Source: Azolla caroliniana
Lineage: Eukaryota > Plantae > Polypodiophyta
Direction: 5' to 3'
Length of the DNA: 64,000 bases
NCBI GenBank assembly: GCA_043228905.1
Contig: JBHGNT010000018.1
Coordinates: forward strand, 3,410,001 to 3,474,000
Made by a program: the position numbers and the translations under genes. Below, one piece after another: positions 62,640-64,000 of the stretch. Every line of letters starts with the position of its first letter. Positions within the stretch are counted from its first letter, which is position 1. A model generated the notes under the pieces. It worked only from the letters and a program-made list of their open reading frames with translations. It ran no database searches and had not been told where the DNA came from.

Positions 62640-64000
62640 CTAAGTGACAAATATATGGGTCATTGGCATAAGAACATTTGTCGGAGTGGCACAATCCATA
62701 GTATTCAAAAAACATCGTTTGCCGAGATCAAGTGTACCATGTGTTTTACAGTTCGACAGCAACATTATCCATGCTAGTGTATCAGGTAACATTGGCATAG
62801 TCTTAATGAAGCATTCAGACTCCTTTAAGAAACCTACACGTCCAAGAATATCAATAATGCAACCGAAGTATTGATTCTCTGATCTGGTAGAATAGTAAGC
62901 TGATGGATCATGGAAGTATCCTTCACTGAATTGTGCAACAAAAAATAAAGCTTTCATAGAATTGCTCGTATGAAATTGGTCATGTGTTATTTGGATAGAA
63001 TCATCCAAAGATATTGGTTGGTATACTGAACTCTGACACAAGTTGCTCCCTTCATGTACATTCCCATAACATTTGTAAGTATCGACAAGTTTTTTTTCAA
63101 GAATCTTATCACAATCAAACCCGGCCTTCACAAGCTCTTCATGTATACTTCTGCCATGCCCTAAGGCTCCTGTATTTATAAATGCTGTCAATATTGTTGT
63201 ATATAGAATACAATCTGGTTGTATACCTTTCTCTTGCATCCTTTTGTAAAGGTTGATTGCAGTGATATTTTGTTCTTGGTGTACATACCCTGAAATAAGT
63301 GCGCTCCATGCAACTAGATTCAAACCATCTAGGCTATTGAACACTTGGTTTGCTTCTTCCAAGTATCCGCACTTTGAATACATGTTCACAAGAGTACTTC
63401 CAATCTCGACATCAGTTTCTAATCTACATTCTACGATCTCATTGTGGACTGTCAGGCCTGCTCCTAGGGCATTGCATGCTTTTAGAATGCTTAAAAATAT
63501 CGCCTTGCTAGGTGCTATGCCTTCCTTTTTCATCTCAACAAATAGCGTAAAAGCAAGGCAATCATGACCTTGCAAAGCAAAACCTTCAATCATTGTACCG
63601 AATAATACAACATCATGATTCGGTAATGCATCAAACACTTTGAAGACTTCATTGAAAGTTCCATATTTCACATACATCTCTGAAACTGCACTTCCGATGG
63701 CAATATCAAGTTCAAATCCTTCTCTAATAATATGCGTGTGTATTATCCTTCCTTTCCATATAGCTCCTGAGCCAATGCAAGCATTAAGAATTGAAAGCAA
63801 CATGACTTTGTTTGGCTTCCAGCCTTGCACTTGCATTTCATCATACAACTCGAATACTTCATTCTCATATCCATTTGTAGCATAACCTCCAAACATGATG
63901 CCCCATGATAATTCACACCTCTCTGGCATGCTGTCAAAGACCGCACGTGCATCTATCAGGTCACCCGATTGAGCATACATGTCTATAAGGGCATTTCCTA
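62640..64000 (-). CDS. PLS-class PPR protein, 5'-partial (continues beyond the window)
   Basis: Frame open to the window edge (GNALIDMYAQSG...). PPR motifs GSTLVNMYSKCGYLEEA and VAWSALISGY, with S2/E-like end FGCIIDILGRVG..MPMLPD..AW..LLS.C..HG. Confidence 0.88.
   Translation of the reverse strand, partial: GNALIDMYAQSGDLIDARAVFDSMPERCELSWGIMFGGYATNGYENEVFELYDEMQVQGWKPNKVMLLSILNACIGSGAIWKGRIIHTHIIREGFELDIAIGSAVSEMYVKYGTFNEVFKVFDALPNHDVVLFGTMIEGFALQGHDCLAFTLFVEMKKEGIAPSKAIFLSILKACNALGAGLTVHNEIVECRLETDVEIGSTLVNMYSKCGYLEEANQVFNSLDGLNLVAWSALISGYVHQEQNITAINLYKRMQEKGIQPDCILYTTILTAFINTGALGHGRSIHEELVKAGFDCDKILEKKLVDTYKCYGNVHEGSNLCQSSVYQPISLDDSIQITHDQFHTSNSMKALFFVAQFSEGYFHDPSAYYSTRSENQYFGCIIDILGRVGFLKESECFIKTMPMLPDTLAWIMLLSNCKTHGTLDLGKRCFLNTMDCATPTNVLMPMTHIFVT

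Overview
Eukaryotic nuclear DNA from a land plant, probably a fern: the PLS-class PPR motifs of the 'GLL-KDIVLGNALVDMYAKCG' type suggest this, but it is inferred, not proven. Host genes are a PLS-class PPR gene (-, 4.2-6.1 kb), a spliced and divergent 26S proteasome RPN1 homologue (+, 8.6-20.7 kb), a PPR pseudogene (+, 24.1-30.7 kb), FRIENDLY/CLU (+, 48.2-57.5 kb), an intronless proteasome assembly chaperone 1-like gene (-, 59.9-60.7 kb) and a third PPR gene running off the right edge (-). The PPR pseudogene is split by a young 5.1-kb gag-only LTR element with a tRNA-Trp-type primer site, a 4-bp target duplication and mosaic LTRs. The 31-46 kb region is a nest of transposon remnants: a decayed Ty3/gypsy chromovirus, an L1-type LINE carrying a solo LTR inside another solo LTR, and a 2-kb fold-back array of ~53-bp palindromes. 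Exon and element boundaries were read by eye, and family assignments come from remembered motifs rather than database searches.
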